Positions 60,925-64,000 of a stretch of 64,000 nt of DNA are shown here, piece after piece (position 1 is the first letter of the stretch; each line of letters opens with the position of its first letter). The stretch lies in contig CAWAGQ010000010.1 in assembly GCA_963781585.1 (NCBI GenBank), forward strand, positions 1-64,000, read 5' to 3'. Made by a program: the position numbers and the translations under genes. The notes below the pieces were generated by a model that was not told where the DNA came from, made no database searches, and was given only the letters and a program-made list of their open reading frames with translations. The stretch comes from an uncultured Gemmatimonadaceae bacterium (GTDB lineage: Bacteria; Gemmatimonadota; Gemmatimonadetes; Gemmatimonadales; Gemmatimonadaceae).

Positions 60925-63603
60925 CTACTCCGCCCGCATGGCGATCGACGGGTCGACGCCCGTCGCGCGGCGACTCGGCACCGCGCACGCCACGATCGCC
61001 GTAGCCAGCAGCACAATACCTGCGGCGCCAAAGGACGACGGGTCGGTGCGCGACAGGCCGTACAGCATCTTTTCCACGGCTTTGGTGGCCCACCAGGCCC
61101 CCACCAGTCCGAACGCGAGCCCGAACGTCGCCAACAAGAGCCCGTTCCGCACCACACCCCCGGCGATGGTGCGCCGCGTCGCGCCCAGCGCCATGCGAAT
61201 TCCAATCTCCCGTGTTCGCTGCGCCACGCTGTACGCCATGACGCCATACAAGCCGATTGCCGCGAGCACGACTGCGATAATAGTGAACGCGGCCAGCAGC
61301 ACCATCGTGAACCGCGGGCCCTCCACACTGCGCTCCATCGCGGCGTCGATGTCCACCAGTTCCGGCGGCGGCAGGTGGGGATCGAGTTCTGCAACCAGAG
61401 CCCGCAGTCCCGGCATCGCCTGAAAACCAGGCTTCATGCGGACGATGACGGCGAGCGCGTAGTAGCCGGGAGAGGGGAGGTACAGCGTCGGATCGCTGCG
61501 CTGATCGGTCAGGCCGCCGGTTGCGGCGTCGGCGACGACACCGACGATGGTGCGCCACCGGCCGCCACCGTCGATCTGTACGAGACGGACACGGGTCCCC
61601 AGCACCGAGCGTCCGTGCCCCATCTTCCTGGCGAATCCTTCGTTCACGATGATCTGGCCGCCCGCGCGCGACGAATCGGTGAACGTGGTCCCCTCCACGA
61701 TGCGCATGCCCATGACGCGGAAATACGCCGGCTCGACCGCGTTGTACCGGATGAACGACGAAGTCCCTTTCGGCGGAGGGGGATCGTTCTCGCCCTGGAG
61801 GGCACCGATCAGGAACCGGTAGCCCGGCGGTGCGCCGTCGGCAAGCGTCGCGGCCTCCACACCCGGCATCGCGCGCAGCCGCCGGACCAGCTCCTCGTCG
61901 AATGCGCGCCTGGCCGTGTCGTTAGGGTAACGGCGCTCCGGCAGGTCCGGGGTCACCGCGTACAGTCCGCGCGGTGCGAATCCCGGGTCGGTCGACTGGA
62001 GCCTGATCACGCTGCGCACGAGCAGGGTGGCACCGACGAGCAGCGTGGTCGAGAGCGCCATCTCGCTCACCACCAGCACCGATCGCAACCGGTTGTGGCG
62101 GCGGGCATGGGATGTCGTGAGGGCACCGGCTTTGAGGGATTCATGCGTCGAGTACCGGGCCGACTGGAGCGAACCGATCAGTCCCACGCCCAGGCCGGCA
62201 GCCAGCGAGAGCGCGATCGTCACCAGCAGCGCCGTGCCGTTGAGCGTCGCGGCGCTCAATTCGATCACGCTTGCGGGCCGGAGCGCGATCGCCGCGCGCA
62301 AGCCGGCGTAGCCAATGGCCAGACCGCCAACGCATCCCGCGGTGGCGAGCACCAGACTCTCGGTCAGGAGCTGCCGGACCACGCGGAGCTTGTTCGCGCC
62401 CAGCGCGGCGCGCACCGCCAGCTCACGCTGCCGCGTCGCTGCGCGCGCCAGCAGCAGGTGCGCCACGTTGGCGCAGGCGATGAGCAGCACGAGCGCCACC
62501 GCACCGCTCAGCAGCAGGAGTGATTCGTGGAAACCGACCATCTCGCCGGGAGACGTCAGCTTCGTGCGAAAACGCATCTCATCACCACTGATGCCCTGGG
62601 TGCGCGCGGTGAGCGAATCGAGCTCCTGGGCAGCGTTCGCGAATGACACTCCCGGGCGCAGGCGCCCGACCAGCGCGACTCCCATCGTGCTGTCGGTCAA
62701 CTCCAGCGGAAGCCACAGGTCCGTCGTTGTCTGCCGAATCCGCGGGAGTCGCATGGCTTCCGGCATCACGCCGACGATCGTATAGGACTTGTCATCGACC
62801 GCGATCGCTCGGTCGATGACCTGGGAGTCCGCCCCGAACCGGGAGCGCCACATGCCTTCGCCGATCATGACGACGGGTGCGCGTTCGGCGACGTCGGACG
62901 ACGTGAACGCCCGCCCCAGCAGGGGAAGTTGTCCGGCAAGAGCAGGGAAGCCCGGTGTGATCCGCGCGGCGTGCGCCGTGGACGGTGTGCCGCCTGGCGG
63001 CTCGAGGGTGACGTCGGTATTGGTGTACGCTTGCAGCGACTCGAAGGACCGGTTGCCTTCGATCCAGGCGCGCGCCAGCGTGTAATCGGGGTTGATCGTT
63101 ATCCGGATGCCGGTCTCGTTGCCGGAAGTCGGCTCCTGAAAGACGAGCATGACGCGGTCGGCATCGGGATAGGGCAGCGGATGCAGAATGAGGCTGTTCA
63201 CCACGCTGAACACCGCAGTGTTGGCGCCGATGCCGAGCGCCAGGGTGAGAACGGCGGCCGCGGTCCATCCCTTCTGGCGTCCGAGAGTGCGCAGCGCGAA
63301 CCGCACGTCCTGCAGAAATGCATCCACGATCTGGGCTCGAGCGGCGCGCCGTTCTCTCCGGGCGGTAATGGTGACGCATTCCGCGCGTACGCCCGCCAGG
63401 TCGCCAAGTCGCCGCATGACGGCGGCCCTGGCGTCGGCCTCGGACATGCCGCGCGCGACGTAGTCGCGCACCCGCATCTCGAAGTGAAAGCGCAACTCGT
63501 CGTCCACGTCGGCGTCGGCGCGCGGGCCGAAAAACCGCAGGTAGCGGCGCCAGGTGCGGGCGACGCGCGCGCCCGGAGCCGGCGTCTGGGTCGGATCCTG
63601 CAT
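60925..63603 (-). CDS. ADOP-family duplicated orphan ABC permease (MacB/FtsX domains)
   Basis: QDVRFALRTL, LALGIGANTAVFS, LLIACANVA, QRTREIGIRMALGA, VDP..AMRAE. Confidence 0.92.
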   Translation of the reverse strand: MQDPTQTPAPGARVARTWRRYLRFFGPRADADVDDELRFHFEMRVRDYVARGMSEADARAAVMRRLGDLAGVRAECVTITARRERRAARAQIVDAFLQDVRFALRTLGRQKGWTAAAVLTLALGIGANTAVFSVVNSLILHPLPYPDADRVMLVFQEPTSGNETGIRITINPDYTLARAWIEGNRSFESLQAYTNTDVTLEPPGGTPSTAHAARITPGFPALAGQLPLLGRAFTSSDVAERAPVVMIGEGMWRSRFGADSQVIDRAIAVDDKSYTIVGVMPEAMRLPRIRQTTTDLWLPLELTDSTMGVALVGRLRPGVSFANAAQELDSLTARTQGISGDEMRFRTKLTSPGEMVGFHESLLLLSGAVALVLLIACANVAHLLLARAATRQRELAVRAALGANKLRVVRQLLTESLVLATAGCVGGLAIGYAGLRAAIALRPASVIELSAATLNGTALLVTIALSLAAGLGVGLIGSLQSARYSTHESLKAGALTTSHARRHNRLRSVLVVSEMALSTTLLVGATLLVRSVIRLQSTDPGFAPRGLYAVTPDLPERRYPNDTARRAFDEELVRRLRAMPGVEAATLADGAPPGYRFLIGALQGENDPPPPKGTSSFIRYNAVEPAYFRVMGMRIVEGTTFTDSSRAGGQIIVNEGFARKMGHGRSVLGTRVRLVQIDGGGRWRTIVGVVADAATGGLTDQRSDPTLYLPSPGYYALAVIVRMKPGFQAMPGLRALVAELDPHLPPPELVDIDAAMERSVEGPRFTMVLLAAFTIIAVVLAAIGLYGVMAYSVAQRTREIGIRMALGATRRTIAGGVVRNGLLLATFGLAFGLVGAWWATKAVEKMLYGLSRTDPSSFGAAGIVLLATAIVACAVPSRRATGVDPSIAMRAE

Positions 63604-63611
63604 CACGCGAC

Positions 63612-63956
63612 TCAGGCCGCGCGCGGCGCCGTCTCGAGCACCTTCGAGACCGCCTTGGCAAACCGGGACCAGTACTGATGCGACGCGCCGAGTTGTTTCT
63701 TTCCCGCCGCGGTCAGCCGGTAGAACTTGGCGCGCCGGTTGTGATCGGAGATGCCCCACTCTGCGGTGATGAGTCCGCGCTCCTCGAGTTTATGGAGGGC
63801 GGGATAGAGCGAGCCTTCTTCGACCTGGAGCACGTCATCGGTGCATTGCTCGATCCACCGCGCGATGCCGTAGCCGTGTGACGGCGCCCACGACAGCGTC
63901 TTCAGGATCATGAGGTCGAGGGTGCCTTTCAGGAATTCGATGGACGGGTCGGCCAT
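63612..63956 (-). CDS. PadR-family transcriptional regulator (acidobacterial type)
   Basis: GTLDLMILKTL, HGYGIA, EGSLYPALHKLE, RRAKFYRLT. Confidence 0.93.
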   Translation of the reverse strand: MADPSIEFLKGTLDLMILKTLSWAPSHGYGIARWIEQCTDDVLQVEEGSLYPALHKLEERGLITAEWGISDHNRRAKFYRLTAAGKKQLGASHQYWSRFAKAVSKVLETAPRAA

Positions 63957-64000
63957 GGCGCATCTCCCATAGGTCTCCGAGGTATATACCTAGTAAACCT

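Overview
GC-rich (roughly 70%) bacterial chromosomal window, most likely Gemmatimonadota, judged by eye from the 16S sequence and gene complement (ADOP permease/PadR, kinase-TPR proteins, Ig-like lipoproteins). In order: an N-terminally extended rpiB; a metal locus (CxxC/RAPP leader, czcCBA-like RND pump, second CxxC/RAPP leader, ZnuD-like TonB receptor); nfo-envC-ftsX-ftsE; a long minus-strand cluster from lepA/waaF to a Cys/Met PLP lyase, interrupted by a four-helix-bundle gene between inverted heptamer arrays; DUF58-BatA-mfd-PPIase-surA-pdxA; CorC and CDF transporters; a pilT-like ATPase; typA; a stand-alone 16S rRNA gene; a 12.5 kb FHA-FHA-Ser/Thr kinase(RCC1)-Ig-TPR-Ig operon; a solitary tRNA-Ile; a decayed toxin-antitoxin pair; a kinase; and ADOP/PadR. 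The main unexplained signals are (1) a non-palindromic motif CGTTAGG(C) seen 23 times across the window, mostly inside genes where it imposes rare codons, (2) the repeat-bracketed four-helix-bundle insert, (3) twin RAPP arrest-type leaders, and (4) the unlinked 16S and tRNA-Ile. Five single-base frameshifts look like assembly errors. All calls are from motif recognition; no searches were run.
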